Assembly: GCA_038046805.1 (NCBI GenBank)
Contig: JBBSVO010000006.1
Location: 132,452-196,451, forward strand
Length of the DNA: 64,000 bases
Direction of reading: 5' to 3'
Origin: Candidatus Micrarchaeota archaeon
GTDB lineage: Archaea > Micrarchaeota > Micrarchaeia > Anstonellales > Bilamarchaeaceae
Made by a program: the position numbers and the translations under genes. Positions 1-10,145 of the stretch are shown here, piece by piece. The notes beneath the pieces are model-generated. The model was not told where the DNA came from, did no database searches, and was given only the letters and a program-made list of their open reading frames with translations. Each line of letters begins with the position of its first letter. Position 1 is the first letter of the stretch.

Positions 1-314
1 ACAATCATCCTGAAAAAGTCATGATCGAATACCTCAAAAGAAGGCACCTCTCAACAATATATGGGGGGAATCCAATTGTGCCTGAGAAAGTTGACTATAT
101 GGTTTTGGAGGAAGAACCGGACGTTCTTCATTGCGGTCATGTTCACAAGAACGGTTACACGCAATACCGGGGAACTCTTCTTATCAATTCCGGGACTTTT
201 CAGGATCGAACAGAATTTCAGATAAAACAGGGTCATGTTCCAACTCCTTGTCTTATTCCAGTATGTGATTTGAAGACAGGAAAATTAAGGACGCTTGATT
301 TCAAATCCGCTTGA
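1..314 (+). CDS. polB: DNA polymerase D small subunit DP1, C-terminal part (truncated by window edge)
   Basis: RRHLSTIYGG, PDVLHCGHVH and INSGTFQ..TEFQ motifs of the DP1 phosphoesterase domain; directly upstream of DP2. Confidence 0.93.
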   Translation, partial: NHPEKVMIEYLKRRHLSTIYGGNPIVPEKVDYMVLEEEPDVLHCGHVHKNGYTQYRGTLLINSGTFQDRTEFQIKQGHVPTPCLIPVCDLKTGKLRTLDFKSA

Positions 315-506
315 ACCGCGGTTCAAGGGCCTTGAAGTTTTTAATCCGTGGAATTCCACCGGTCTATTTGACCGGTGGTCACATCAGAAAACCTGGCGGT
401 GGAATTCCCCAGCTGTCAAAATGCTCACCAATAAGCGAGCGCCCCTCACAAGCCTTGGTCTATGACCGAGGGTGGGCGCGAGCATTTTGACACTTCAAGA
501 GCTCAT
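304..506. repeat. Highly self-complementary intergenic element between DP1 and DP2
   Basis: TTGAACCGCGGTTCAA palindrome 311-326; CTTGAAGT 331-338 / ACTTCAAG 492-499; GGAATTCCACCG 350-361 / 397-408; TGTCAAAATGCTC 414-426 / 480-492; inner hairpin CCTTGGTC-TAT-GACCGAGG 453-471. Confidence 0.75.
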
Positions 507-524
507 AATTTAAGACGTGTTTAA

Positions 525-3500
525 ATGAATATCGATGACTACAATGACCTCCTTAAGGATGGTCTCAATAAGGCATTCTCCGTTGCATCAGCAGCGCGCA
601 TGAAAAACCTTGATCCAAAATCAGATGTAGAAGTAAAAATAGCAAAAGATGTGGCTGCCAGAGTAGAAGGGGTTGTGGGTCCGCAGGGAGTTGCTGAAGT
701 TATCAGGAAAATGGAGCAAGGCGGTAAATCAAGAGAAGAAATCGCGTTTGACATCACAAAAGAAATCGCATCCGGGAAAATTTTTCAAGGCACGCTCGAA
801 CAACGAATAGAACAGGCAGTTCGTACCAGTGTTGGGATACTTACGGAGGGTGTTCTTGTAGCACCAACAGAAGGTATTGCAAAAATAAAGGTGAAAAAAA
901 ATCCAGACGGAAGCGATTTTGTAGCAGTTTACTACGCAGGTCCGATAAGAAGTGCAGGAGGAACTGCAGCAGCTCTTAGCGTAGTTATTGCAGACATCGC
1001 TCGCAGGGTTGCCGGAGTCGGCGATTATCGTGCAACAGATTCTCAAGTCGAACGTTATGTAGAGGAAATAAATATTTACGAGGCACGCGTTGCGCATCTG
1101 CAATACAAACCCCCGGAAGAGGATACAAGAATAATTGTGATGGGCTGTCCGGTTTGCGTTGATGGAGAACCGACAGAAGAAATGGAGGTTTCGGTTCACA
1201 GAGGAATATCCGGAGTTGAAACAGATCGGATACGTGGTGGTATTCCATTAGTTATTTGCGAAGGAATAGCTCAGAAGGCTGCAAAACTATTCAAATATAC
1301 GAAAAAGCTTGGGTTGGGGTGGGATTGGCTAGAAAGGATAATCAAGATAAAGCGAAAAGCGGATACATCTGAAATAAAACCAGATGATGCCTTTTTGGAA
1401 GGATTTGTTGCCGGAAGGCCTGTGTTTGCTTATCCTTCAACAAAAGGCGGTTTTCGCCTTCGTTATGGCAGAAGCAGAACCAATGGTCTGATGGCCAAAA
1501 ACATACACCCCGCCACAATGCGCGTGTTGGATAATTTCCTTGCGCATGGCACACACATGAAAATAGAAAGACCAGGGAAAGGTTGCGTGGTTTCAACATG
1601 TGGTCAGCTTGAGCCGCCAGTGGTAAAATTAAGTGATGGAAGTGTCGTGCGGGTAGAATCAATTGAATCTGCGGAAAAACTTTCCAGTCAGATTTCGGAA
1701 ATCCTTTTTCTTGGAGATATGCTTGTTGCTTTCGGCGATTTTGCAAAATCAAACCACCCTCTCATTCCACCCGGTTACTGCGAAGAATGGTGGCTGCAGG
1801 AAGTTGCTGCAAAGGGAATCGTAGTTCCAAAAGACATTTATGAAAGTGCTGCGGCATCTTTTGATTTTTCCAAAAAATGGGGCGTTCCGTTGAATCCTAA
1901 ATTTACATTCATGTGGGATTGCATCCCAGTTGCGGATATTTCCATCCTGGTACAATCTCTTAGAACAGCTAAAATTTCCTGGGACGAAGATACGCCCAAG
2001 CAACTTACACTTCTCAATGGAGATGTAAAACGAATTCTCGAATCTCTCCTGATAGAACACAGGGTTGTTGGTGAAACTCTATCAATTTGCGGTGAGGATG
2101 GAATCTCCTTGTTGCTCTCTCTCGGAATGTTTGACATGCGTGATAAATCGATCATTCACTCCCAGGCTATTTCCCCAGGTATTGATCCAGTCAATTCTAC
2201 CAATCCTGCCAATTCTACGGGTTCTACCAGTTCTACCAACGATGTGGTTTCATCGCTTTCCGGAATTAAGATTAGGCCAAAAGCAGGTACCTGGATTGGC
2301 GCAAGAATGGGCCGGCCGGAAAAGGCAAAGGAGAGATTTATGGACGGGCATCCAAACATTCTTTTTCCAACTGGATCAGACAAGAACAGGAGCCTTCCAA
2401 AACTGTGCAAGGTGCTTTCTACAAGGGAGGGAAGCAAAAGTACGAATCTTGAGCTTGCACGTTACAAATGTGGCAATTGTGGAACTACTTCTCCATGGCC
2501 TTCGTGTTACAACTGCAATTCCATATGTTCTATCGAACGAGTATGTCAGAAGTGCAGTGCAATAACAACATCAGATACTCATTGCGATGTGAAAACCGTT
2601 TCCTTTGACAAACGGCCGTTTGATTTGATTTCTGCAATGGATTCTGCAAAAAAGAAAATCGGAAATTTTATGCCAGATGATCTAAAAGGAGTAAAAGGCT
2701 TGTCAAATCCAACCCGTGTTCCGGAAATGCTCGAAAAAGGATTGCTCAGGGCAAAGTATGATTTGTATATATTTCGCGATGGAACCATTCGTTTTGATTC
2801 AACTGATGTTCCGCTTACACACTTCATCCCCGCGGAGATCGGTTTAAGCATGGAAAAAGCCAAAGGGCTCGGTTATATCAAAGACTATAAGGGGGAACAG
2901 CTTGTTTCTGAAAGTCAGCTCGTTCCTTTGATGCAACAGGATGTTCTTGTTTCAGAGGATGGTGCAGAATATTTCTTCCGTGTGTCTAAGTTTATTGACG
3001 AAATGCTCGTGAATTTATACGGGCTTCCTTCTTTTTACAATCTTTCAAAGTCCTCTGATATAATCGGCACGTTTGCAGTCGGCCTTTCCCCACACACTTC
3101 TGCAGGTGTATTATGCAGAATAATCGGAATAACAAAAGCGAATGTTGGTTATGCTCATCCATACTTCCATACAGCTAAGAGAAGGAACGCTGATGGTGAC
3201 GAAGATTCCCTAATGCTTCTCACGGACGCCCTGATAAATTTCTCACGCGCATATCTTGCTGAAACACGCGGCGGGACTATGGATACTCCGCTCGTTCTTA
3301 CAACCTTCCTTGAACCAAAAGAAGTTGATGATGAAGTCCACAACATGGAGCTTGTCTGGTTTTATCCGCTTGAATTCTATGAAGCCGCGACTAAATATGC
3401 TTCTCCAGGCGATGTGAAAATAAAAACCGTAAAGGACGTTCTTGAATCTCCGGAAAAATTTGAAGGATTTCCGATAACTCATTATTGCGAAAGCATACAT

Positions 3501-3935
3501 GATGGCAACTTACGTACTGCGTATGTCACGCTAAAATCCATTCCTGAAAAACTAGATCTTCAATTTAATCTTCAAAAGAAAATCCGCGCAGTGAATGTTC
3601 GTGATGCTGCCGAGCGCCTTATTCTGAGTCATTTCATCCCAGATCTTTATGGTAACCTTCGTTCATATTCCCGTCAGAGCTTTCGTTGCTCAAATTGCAA
3701 TACGATCTATCGCAGGGTCCCTCTTGTTGGTAAATGTACAAAATGTGGGGGAAACCTAATCCTGACAATCAACAAGGGCGGGATAGAGAAATATCTTAAA
3801 GTTTCAAAGAAAATAATCGATGAATTCGATCTTCCTGTTTATCTGAAGCAGAGGCTGGAGCTTGTTGAAAAAGAAATAAAAAGTATCTTCGAGGACGAGA
3901 AGATTAAACAACTCGGCCTCTCAGATTTTGTATAA
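525..3935 (+). CDS. polC: DNA polymerase D large subunit DP2 (no intein)
   Basis: AGPIRSAGGT, GGFRLRYGRSR, RMGRPEKA, FRDGTIRFD, KRRNADGDED catalytic motif, C-terminal Zn finger. Confidence 0.98.
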   Translation: MNIDDYNDLLKDGLNKAFSVASAARMKNLDPKSDVEVKIAKDVAARVEGVVGPQGVAEVIRKMEQGGKSREEIAFDITKEIASGKIFQGTLEQRIEQAVRTSVGILTEGVLVAPTEGIAKIKVKKNPDGSDFVAVYYAGPIRSAGGTAAALSVVIADIARRVAGVGDYRATDSQVERYVEEINIYEARVAHLQYKPPEEDTRIIVMGCPVCVDGEPTEEMEVSVHRGISGVETDRIRGGIPLVICEGIAQKAAKLFKYTKKLGLGWDWLERIIKIKRKADTSEIKPDDAFLEGFVAGRPVFAYPSTKGGFRLRYGRSRTNGLMAKNIHPATMRVLDNFLAHGTHMKIERPGKGCVVSTCGQLEPPVVKLSDGSVVRVESIESAEKLSSQISEILFLGDMLVAFGDFAKSNHPLIPPGYCEEWWLQEVAAKGIVVPKDIYESAAASFDFSKKWGVPLNPKFTFMWDCIPVADISILVQSLRTAKISWDEDTPKQLTLLNGDVKRILESLLIEHRVVGETLSICGEDGISLLLSLGMFDMRDKSIIHSQAISPGIDPVNSTNPANSTGSTSSTNDVVSSLSGIKIRPKAGTWIGARMGRPEKAKERFMDGHPNILFPTGSDKNRSLPKLCKVLSTREGSKSTNLELARYKCGNCGTTSPWPSCYNCNSICSIERVCQKCSAITTSDTHCDVKTVSFDKRPFDLISAMDSAKKKIGNFMPDDLKGVKGLSNPTRVPEMLEKGLLRAKYDLYIFRDGTIRFDSTDVPLTHFIPAEIGLSMEKAKGLGYIKDYKGEQLVSESQLVPLMQQDVLVSEDGAEYFFRVSKFIDEMLVNLYGLPSFYNLSKSSDIIGTFAVGLSPHTSAGVLCRIIGITKANVGYAHPYFHTAKRRNADGDEDSLMLLTDALINFSRAYLAETRGGTMDTPLVLTTFLEPKEVDDEVHNMELVWFYPLEFYEAATKYASPGDVKIKTVKDVLESPEKFEGFPITHYCESIHDGNLRTAYVTLKSIPEKLDLQFNLQKKIRAVNVRDAAERLILSHFIPDLYGNLRSYSRQSFRCSNCNTIYRRVPLVGKCTKCGGNLILTINKGGIEKYLKVSKKIIDEFDLPVYLKQRLELVEKEIKSIFEDEKIKQLGLSDFV

Positions 3936-3940
3936 ACTAC

Positions 3941-4339
3941 TTAAAATTTCTGGCCGATAAACCCACCTATAAGGGCGAGTATCAAGCCAATTACTGCTCC
4001 TATTGGCAATCCTATCAGTGCCCCAACCACGACTGCAATTGCTGCACCAGCCGCTCCTCCGCCTGCCATTGTAATAGCGATTGTTGCAAGTATTATTCCG
4101 ACTATTCCTGCAACGACTGATACAACTACACCTACTAATCCAGCGCCCATAAGGTCAAGTTTGAATGCCTTTACTGCATTGTATCCTGCCCACAGAGATA
4201 CTGCCAGACTAACTAATCCCAAAATAGCTCCGAGAATCCCGACTCCTAATAAACCTAGGATAAAATTCAGAATTCCAAGACCAACCAAAATGTATATTGG
4301 CATTTTGGATGCTTCAATAATTTTGCCAGTGTCTACCAT
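3941..4339 (-). CDS. Small Gly-rich integral membrane protein
   Basis: 132 aa with about 4 hydrophobic segments; GAGGTG-type RBS upstream. Confidence 0.7.
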   Translation of the reverse strand: MVDTGKIIEASKMPIYILVGLGILNFILGLLGVGILGAILGLVSLAVSLWAGYNAVKAFKLDLMGAGLVGVVVSVVAGIVGIILATIAITMAGGGAAGAAIAVVVGALIGLPIGAVIGLILALIGGFIGQKF

Positions 4340-4398
4340 AGATGCACCTCAAACCTTATTATATTTTTTTTCTATGCTCGCAGGGAAGTGTTAAAAAT

Positions 4399-4962
4399 CT
4401 ATTCTAGTGCAACTTCGACGATAGTCTCATATTTGGGTCCTTTTCCAGTGTCTCTTCCAAGAATGCTTTGCTTCAGGAAAAATTGGGTTACTTCGAACTC
4501 CCCAAAGTCTGCGTTTTTGTATTTTGCCAGAAAATCCAGCAAATTTATCCTTCTTTTTACGCGAGCAATCGTCAGATGCGGCGTGTTCTCTTCTCTGGGA
4601 AATCCGAGTTCGCCTATTCCCTCATTTATTCTATCAGAGAGTTCTTTCAACGAGTTATCCTTGCTTTTGCAGCCTATCCACACCACGCGAATATAACTCT
4701 CGTTCGGAAAAACTCCGACTCCTCTAAGTTTGACTTTTATTCTTTTTGTTTTTGCCGCAATTTTGAGAAGTGCATTTTCTATCTTTGCAATGTCATCATA
4801 TCCTATGTCCCCCAGGAATTTCATGGTTATATGCAGATTTTCATCCTCAGTTGGTCTTATACTGTCTCCTGCCTTTTCCAATTCTTTTTTTACAGCACGT
4901 AACCTATGGTGAATCTCCTTTGGAATATCAATCGCAACAAATCCCCGGAATGATTTTTTCAT
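4399..4962 (-). CDS. thpR: RNA 2',3'-cyclic phosphodiesterase (2'-5' RNA ligase family)
   Basis: RGFVAID start; two HxT motifs (LHITMKFLG, PHLTIAR). Confidence 0.93.
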   Translation of the reverse strand: MKKSFRGFVAIDIPKEIHHRLRAVKKELEKAGDSIRPTEDENLHITMKFLGDIGYDDIAKIENALLKIAAKTKRIKVKLRGVGVFPNESYIRVVWIGCKSKDNSLKELSDRINEGIGELGFPREENTPHLTIARVKRRINLLDFLAKYKNADFGEFEVTQFFLKQSILGRDTGKGPKYETIVEVALE

Positions 4963-5015
4963 GTTATTATCATGGCCACAGTATTTTTAAATATTTGCCA
5001 CATTATCTGTCTTTC

Positions 5016-5264
5016 ATGGAACCAAGAACCAAAAGACCCGGATCAAGAAGCCCTACTGATCACACAAGACCTGTCACGTTTGCAGGTGGCAAAAAGCCAG
5101 GTTTGAGAGACGGCCCGAGGACGATTATATTCCTAGCTACTTCTGATGTACAGACCATTGGAATCATATTATATGAGTTATCCAATCGTAACATATTTGT
5201 TAATGCAACTACGGATGCCTTCACGTTTCGTGGTTCAAAACCAAAGCGTCCATTAGAATTTTAA
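5016..5264 (+). CDS. Small hypothetical protein (82 aa, MEPRTKRPGS...)
   Basis: ATG at 5016 about 25 nt after TATA-like TTTTAAATA; fills the gap before pmbA; start revised from the ORF track. Confidence 0.45.
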   Translation: MEPRTKRPGSRSPTDHTRPVTFAGGKKPGLRDGPRTIIFLATSDVQTIGIILYELSNRNIFVNATTDAFTFRGSKPKRPLEF

Positions 5265-5286
5265 ACTGTGCAACTTATCTAATCTC

Positions 5287-6558
5287 ATGCTCGAAAAGAT
5301 TCTTTCGTATGGTGCTGATTCTGCCGAATTATTCTTTCAGTCGGAAAAAGGAACCTCAATTGAGATCGTCAATGGATCAATAAAATCCGCGGAATCCAGT
5401 ATTTCTTCTGGTTATGGACTTAGAGTCGTGAAAAACAAACGTATTGGTTTTTCTTATTTTGAATACGTGCATGGCGGAAATCCGAAAACTGCCACGGAAA
5501 ACGCGATAAAACTGTCACAACTTTCAAAACAATCTGATTTTTCATTTATCTCAGGTTCTAAATTTCCAAAAATCAGAACGGTTGATAAGACATTGTCCGG
5601 AGCTGGAGAAAATGACGCAAGAAATTGGGCCTATTCAGTGGCTAATCAAATAAATAAACACACCAAAACTTATCGTGTAATTGTTTCGTTTTCAAATTCG
5701 GAAACCCAGATAGCGAATTCGGAGGGTTTCACTGCAGCATATCCTTCAACCAACTTCTCAATCTATGCCGAAGCAATGAAAGGAAAGAGCTTTGGTTTCT
5801 CTCATTTTTCCAGCCAGTTTATGCCAGACTCCGTAGAAGTGGTGGGTCTGAATACCTCTAACATGCTGAAATCCATGAAAGATGCAAAAAAGCCGGAAAG
5901 CGGTAAGTATGTAGTTGTTTTTTCTCCATTTGCAATGAGAAGTGTTCTTGGAATCCTTCTTCAGTCTTTTTCAGGAGATTGGAAACGGAAGGGAATTGGA
6001 GTATTAGCAGATAAGTTAAAACGAAAAGTGTTTTCTGATTCTTTCTCTTTATCTGATTCTCCACTTTCCATAGGTTCATCCTCTTTTCCATTCGATGATG
6101 AGGGCATTTCAGCTCACGAAACAAAACTTGTCGAAAAAGGAGAGGTCTCATCATTCATGTATGATCGTGCAACTGCTGCCCTGGAAGGGGAGTCTAACAC
6201 ACGTGCTTGCGGATCGTGCTCTCGTTCTTCTTATTCTTCGCGTCCTGGTATAGGGTATTCGAATCTCGTTATTGGTCCTGGAAATTACGGTGATTTTGAA
6301 AGAGAACTGGAAAACTTCATTCTCGTAGAGTCACTGCATGGTGCCCATACTGCAAATGCACTCACCGGAGACTTTTCCCTGGAAGTTCCAGTTGCCTTTC
6401 ATTTCCGCAAAGGGAAATCCTCCCCAGTTCGTGGTTTCATGCTCAGTGGCAACATCTTTAAGCTTTTCAACTCAATATTAGGAATAGAAAAGGAATTCAC
6501 GATATATGATAATCTTATTTCGCCAAGGATTGCCTTTTCAGAAGTAAATATTATCTGA
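5287..6558 (+). CDS. TldD/PmbA family protein (PmbA/TldE-like)
   Basis: GYGLRVV..RIGFS, FPFDDEG, HTANALTGDFS, GNIFKLF motifs; no HExxxH seen. Confidence 0.9.
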   Translation: MLEKILSYGADSAELFFQSEKGTSIEIVNGSIKSAESSISSGYGLRVVKNKRIGFSYFEYVHGGNPKTATENAIKLSQLSKQSDFSFISGSKFPKIRTVDKTLSGAGENDARNWAYSVANQINKHTKTYRVIVSFSNSETQIANSEGFTAAYPSTNFSIYAEAMKGKSFGFSHFSSQFMPDSVEVVGLNTSNMLKSMKDAKKPESGKYVVVFSPFAMRSVLGILLQSFSGDWKRKGIGVLADKLKRKVFSDSFSLSDSPLSIGSSSFPFDDEGISAHETKLVEKGEVSSFMYDRATAALEGESNTRACGSCSRSSYSSRPGIGYSNLVIGPGNYGDFERELENFILVESLHGAHTANALTGDFSLEVPVAFHFRKGKSSPVRGFMLSGNIFKLFNSILGIEKEFTIYDNLISPRIAFSEVNII

Positions 6559-6618
6559 ACATTATCTGAATAATACCTGAATAATACGCCGTATACTTCG
6601 TCTTTGTGGTGAATTCTA

Positions 6619-9600
6619 ATGCGTGATTTTGAAACAACTGAAAAGATCGCAGTGCCGGAAAAGCTCATAGACCAGATCATAGGTCAAGATAAGGCAGTTG
6701 AAATAATAAAAAAAGCTGCAAAACAAAAGCGCAATGTCCTTCTCATAGGTCCGCCAGGTACAGGCAAAAGCATGCTCGCACAGGCAATGGCAGAGCTAAT
6801 GCCTGCTGAAGAACTGGAGGATGTTCTTACTTATCCAAATCCAAATAATGAGAATCAGCCACTTATCAAGGCAGTTAAAACTCATCCTTCACCAGATGAA
6901 ATAGAAAAGAATAAGGAATACAAAATGCTGTTTCATCCAAAAGAGCTTTTGGATATGAAAAGAGGAACTACCGGGAAACCCATGCCTTTGATTGGTATGG
7001 GAAGAAGAATATTTCGCATGAGCCGAGCCATGGATGATCGCATGGCAGGTGGCGGTTCTAACCTCTTCATGTTGATTCTGATTGGTATAATTCTTCTTGC
7101 AATAATTTTCTATCTTGATCTTGCAGAAAACATAAAATGGCTTCTTCTGGCGGGAATTTTCGGTATTGCATTTTTATATATCATTTCAAGTGCTACCCAG
7201 GGCTTAAGCCGCAGGTTTATGCCGACAGAAAATGCAAACCCGAAATTAATCATTGATAACAGCGAGAAATTTACTGCACCATTTATTGATGCTACGGGTG
7301 CAAAAGCCGGCGCGCTTCTCGGAGATTGTAAACACGATCCGTTGCAATGTTTTTTCCCATCATCTACGACCTATATCGTTAAGGACGAGAAAATCCTTAC
7401 AGTTGCTTTGAATGAACTTGTTGATAACTTGCTAGCAAAATACCCAGAATTAATTCAAAGAGATGAAAAATATGAAGGGTTGATTCTCCCAAAAAACGAG
7501 GAGATTTACACTATTGGTTCATTGAACGCAAACACAATACCTGTACGTATTTTATGTGTAAATAGAAGACTGCGCACAGGGAAGGTATCCATTGTTAAGA
7601 CTGGTATCACTCGTTTATTAGTAACCCCGGAACACAAAATATTTTCCGGTGGAAATCTCATAGAAGCCGAAAAAATTAGGCCAAGTTCACAATTTTCTTT
7701 ATATTTTAATCCAGTGATAACGAAGGATGACGTCATAAGGACATTTTCAGAACAAGACCAGGCAGATGCAGTTAACTATTATAAATTCGTAAAAATAAAA
7801 GAGTCAAATCCTCCTTTTGGATACAAGAAAATTGCCAAAATAATGGGGATAAAATCAGGACAGACCCGGTGGTGGAACAACAAAAAATGTAAACCAAAGG
7901 CAGTTCAGACAATAGAACGCCTTGAACATCTTGGTTTGCTTCCCTTCGGTGTTAATAATGCGGTAGCACCAATAGTTGCTAGAGTTTTAGGCACTACCTT
8001 TGGGGATGGAGGTATCTTTTCAACTCTCAATGGAATATTTTTATCTTCTTCTGAAGAAGATTCTCTTAATCAATACGCACAGGATTTAATCTCCATCTTC
8101 GGAACGTCTATAGAACATAATTTTGAGCGCCGAATCAGCGGTGTCAATAATACCGGAAGAGTTGTATGGAACACGAATCGCGATGTCGTTCGTTTCTTCA
8201 TAGCTCTCGGAGCCCAGGTTGGAAGAAAGAACAAAAACGTTCGAATACCTTCGTGGATTAATCTGAGCTCGGAAGTGCAGCAGGAATTTTTCGGAGCTTT
8301 TTTAGGGAATGAACTATGTAGTCCAAGATTCTCCAATGACCAGAACAAGATACAGTGTTTTTGTTTCGGACTTGCCGGAAGTCGTTCATTGGAACAAAAT
8401 CGAAAAGAGATTTTATCTACTCTTGCCCATTATCTGAATTCTTATGGAATCCAAACCTCCCCAAACATAAATGAAAACGAATTCAAAAAAGGGAGATATA
8501 TATGGAGACTGGGAATATCAACAGAAGTTGAGAACTTAATCCGATTTTACCAGCTTATTCCTATTCGTTATTCAAATGCAAAGCTATTGAGAGTTCAGGA
8601 TGCAATAGAACAGGTTTTGGAACGAAAAAAATCAAAATACAAAGACTTCCTACGCATCGGAAAGAGTGAAAAATATGTTTTGGCCACTCTTCGCGTTTCG
8701 GGAAACACACTTCAAAAGATTATTTCGAATGAAAAGTTGGTTTTTGATTCTTCATCTGTGCAATTTTCCGGTTATGTCTATAACATAACAACCGAGTCTG
8801 GCAATCTTTTCGCAAATGGAATCCTTGCAAGCAATTCGGGAGGTCTCGGCACCCCCCCTCATCTCCGTGTCGAATCAGGCGCAGTCCACCGTGCGAACAA
8901 AGGGGTTCTTTTCATTGACGAAATCGCATCTCTTAAATGGCACTGGCAGCAGGAACTTCTGACTGCAATGCAGGAAAAGAAATATCCAATAACCGGGCAG
9001 AGTGAAATGAGCTCCGGAGCTCTTGTTAAAACAGAATCCGTTCCTAGCGATTTTGTTCTAGTTGCTGCAGGAAATTTACCTGATCTTCAACAGATTCATC
9101 CAGCGCTTCGTTCGCGTATAAGAGGTGCCGGCTATGAAGTTTATGTTGAAGACAGCATGGACGATACTCCTGAAAATGAAGACGGGCTTATTCAGTTTAT
9201 AGCTCAGGAGGTCAAGAAAGACGGGAGGATCCCCCACTTTAATCGGGATGCAGTTATTGAAATCATTGAGGAAGCGCGGCGCATGTCTGGTCGAAAAAAG
9301 AAATTCACCCTGAATCTAAGAGAGCTCGGTGGACTTGTACGTGCCACCGGAGATATTGCGCGTGAGCGGGGCTCCCGGTTTGTCGAACGCGAACACGTGG
9401 CTCTTGCAAAAAAGGTTTTCAGTTCTATAGAAGGCCAGCTCGGAAAGAAATTCGTAGAGCGAAAAAAGGATTATGAAACATTCATGCATGAGGGTTCTGC
9501 AGTTGGAAGGGTAAATGGCCTTGCAGTGCTCGGAGAATCCTCTTCTGGTCTTGTTCTTCCAATTGTTGCTGAAGTTACGCCTGCTTCATCAAAAAGCGAG

Positions 9601-10116
9601 GGAAAGGTTTTTGCAACAGGAAAGCTTGGAACAATTGCCAAAGAAGCAGTTGAAAACGTTTCGGCTATCGTAAAAAAGACAATGGGAACGGATATATCAA
9701 AAAGCGATATTCACATACAATTCCTTCAAACATACGAGGGCGTGGAAGGAGACAGTGCTTCCATTTCCATCGCAGTTTCGGTAATCTCCGCGATGACAGG
9801 AATTCCAGTAAAGCAGGATTATGCTCTTACTGGTTCTGTCGACGTACGTGGGGATGTTCTTCCTGTTGGTGGTGTCACGGCAAAGACCGAGGCCGCAATA
9901 GAAACAGGCCTCAAATATGTGCTGGTTCCGAAAATGAATTTTGAGGATATCATTCTTTCGCCGGATAAAAAAGGAAAAGCAGAAATAATTCCGGTTGCGA
10001 ATATAATGGAGGTTCTCAGGCATGTTCTTGTTGATTGTCCAGAGAAGGTGAAACTGCTTGAATCGATGAAAGCTGGTGGAAACGTCAAATCAAAACAAGG
10101 AAAGAAGAGAAGATGA
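6619..10116 (+). CDS. lonB: Archaeal membrane-anchored ATP-dependent protease LonB, intein-containing
   Basis: LIDQIIGQD, Walker A GPPGTGKS, two TM helices, Walker B LFIDEI, catalytic EGDSAS and K(TEAA). Confidence 0.96.
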   Translation: MRDFETTEKIAVPEKLIDQIIGQDKAVEIIKKAAKQKRNVLLIGPPGTGKSMLAQAMAELMPAEELEDVLTYPNPNNENQPLIKAVKTHPSPDEIEKNKEYKMLFHPKELLDMKRGTTGKPMPLIGMGRRIFRMSRAMDDRMAGGGSNLFMLILIGIILLAIIFYLDLAENIKWLLLAGIFGIAFLYIISSATQGLSRRFMPTENANPKLIIDNSEKFTAPFIDATGAKAGALLGDCKHDPLQCFFPSSTTYIVKDEKILTVALNELVDNLLAKYPELIQRDEKYEGLILPKNEEIYTIGSLNANTIPVRILCVNRRLRTGKVSIVKTGITRLLVTPEHKIFSGGNLIEAEKIRPSSQFSLYFNPVITKDDVIRTFSEQDQADAVNYYKFVKIKESNPPFGYKKIAKIMGIKSGQTRWWNNKKCKPKAVQTIERLEHLGLLPFGVNNAVAPIVARVLGTTFGDGGIFSTLNGIFLSSSEEDSLNQYAQDLISIFGTSIEHNFERRISGVNNTGRVVWNTNRDVVRFFIALGAQVGRKNKNVRIPSWINLSSEVQQEFFGAFLGNELCSPRFSNDQNKIQCFCFGLAGSRSLEQNRKEILSTLAHYLNSYGIQTSPNINENEFKKGRYIWRLGISTEVENLIRFYQLIPIRYSNAKLLRVQDAIEQVLERKKSKYKDFLRIGKSEKYVLATLRVSGNTLQKIISNEKLVFDSSSVQFSGYVYNITTESGNLFANGILASNSGGLGTPPHLRVESGAVHRANKGVLFIDEIASLKWHWQQELLTAMQEKKYPITGQSEMSSGALVKTESVPSDFVLVAAGNLPDLQQIHPALRSRIRGAGYEVYVEDSMDDTPENEDGLIQFIAQEVKKDGRIPHFNRDAVIEIIEEARRMSGRKKKFTLNLRELGGLVRATGDIARERGSRFVEREHVALAKKVFSSIEGQLGKKFVERKKDYETFMHEGSAVGRVNGLAVLGESSSGLVLPIVAEVTPASSKSEGKVFATGKLGTIAKEAVENVSAIVKKTMGTDISKSDIHIQFLQTYEGVEGDSASISIAVSVISAMTGIPVKQDYALTGSVDVRGDVLPVGGVTAKTEAAIETGLKYVLVPKMNFEDIILSPDKKGKAEIIPVANIMEVLRHVLVDCPEKVKLLESMKAGGNVKSKQGKKRR
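7348..8835 (+). mobile_element. Intein (496 aa) with LAGLIDADG homing endonuclease in LonB
   Basis: Interrupts HDPLQ|SGGLGTPPH; starts Cys (CFFPSS); block B VTPEHKIF; LAGLIDADG-like ARVLGTTFGDGG; block F VYNITTESGNLFANG; ends ASN before Ser+1. Confidence 0.93.
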
Positions 10117-10145
10117 TCCGGCGTTATGCAATTGTCATCAATCGC

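Noticed and set aside
525..3935. Intein in DP2
   Set aside because: Sequence is continuous through KRRNADGDED and the length is normal
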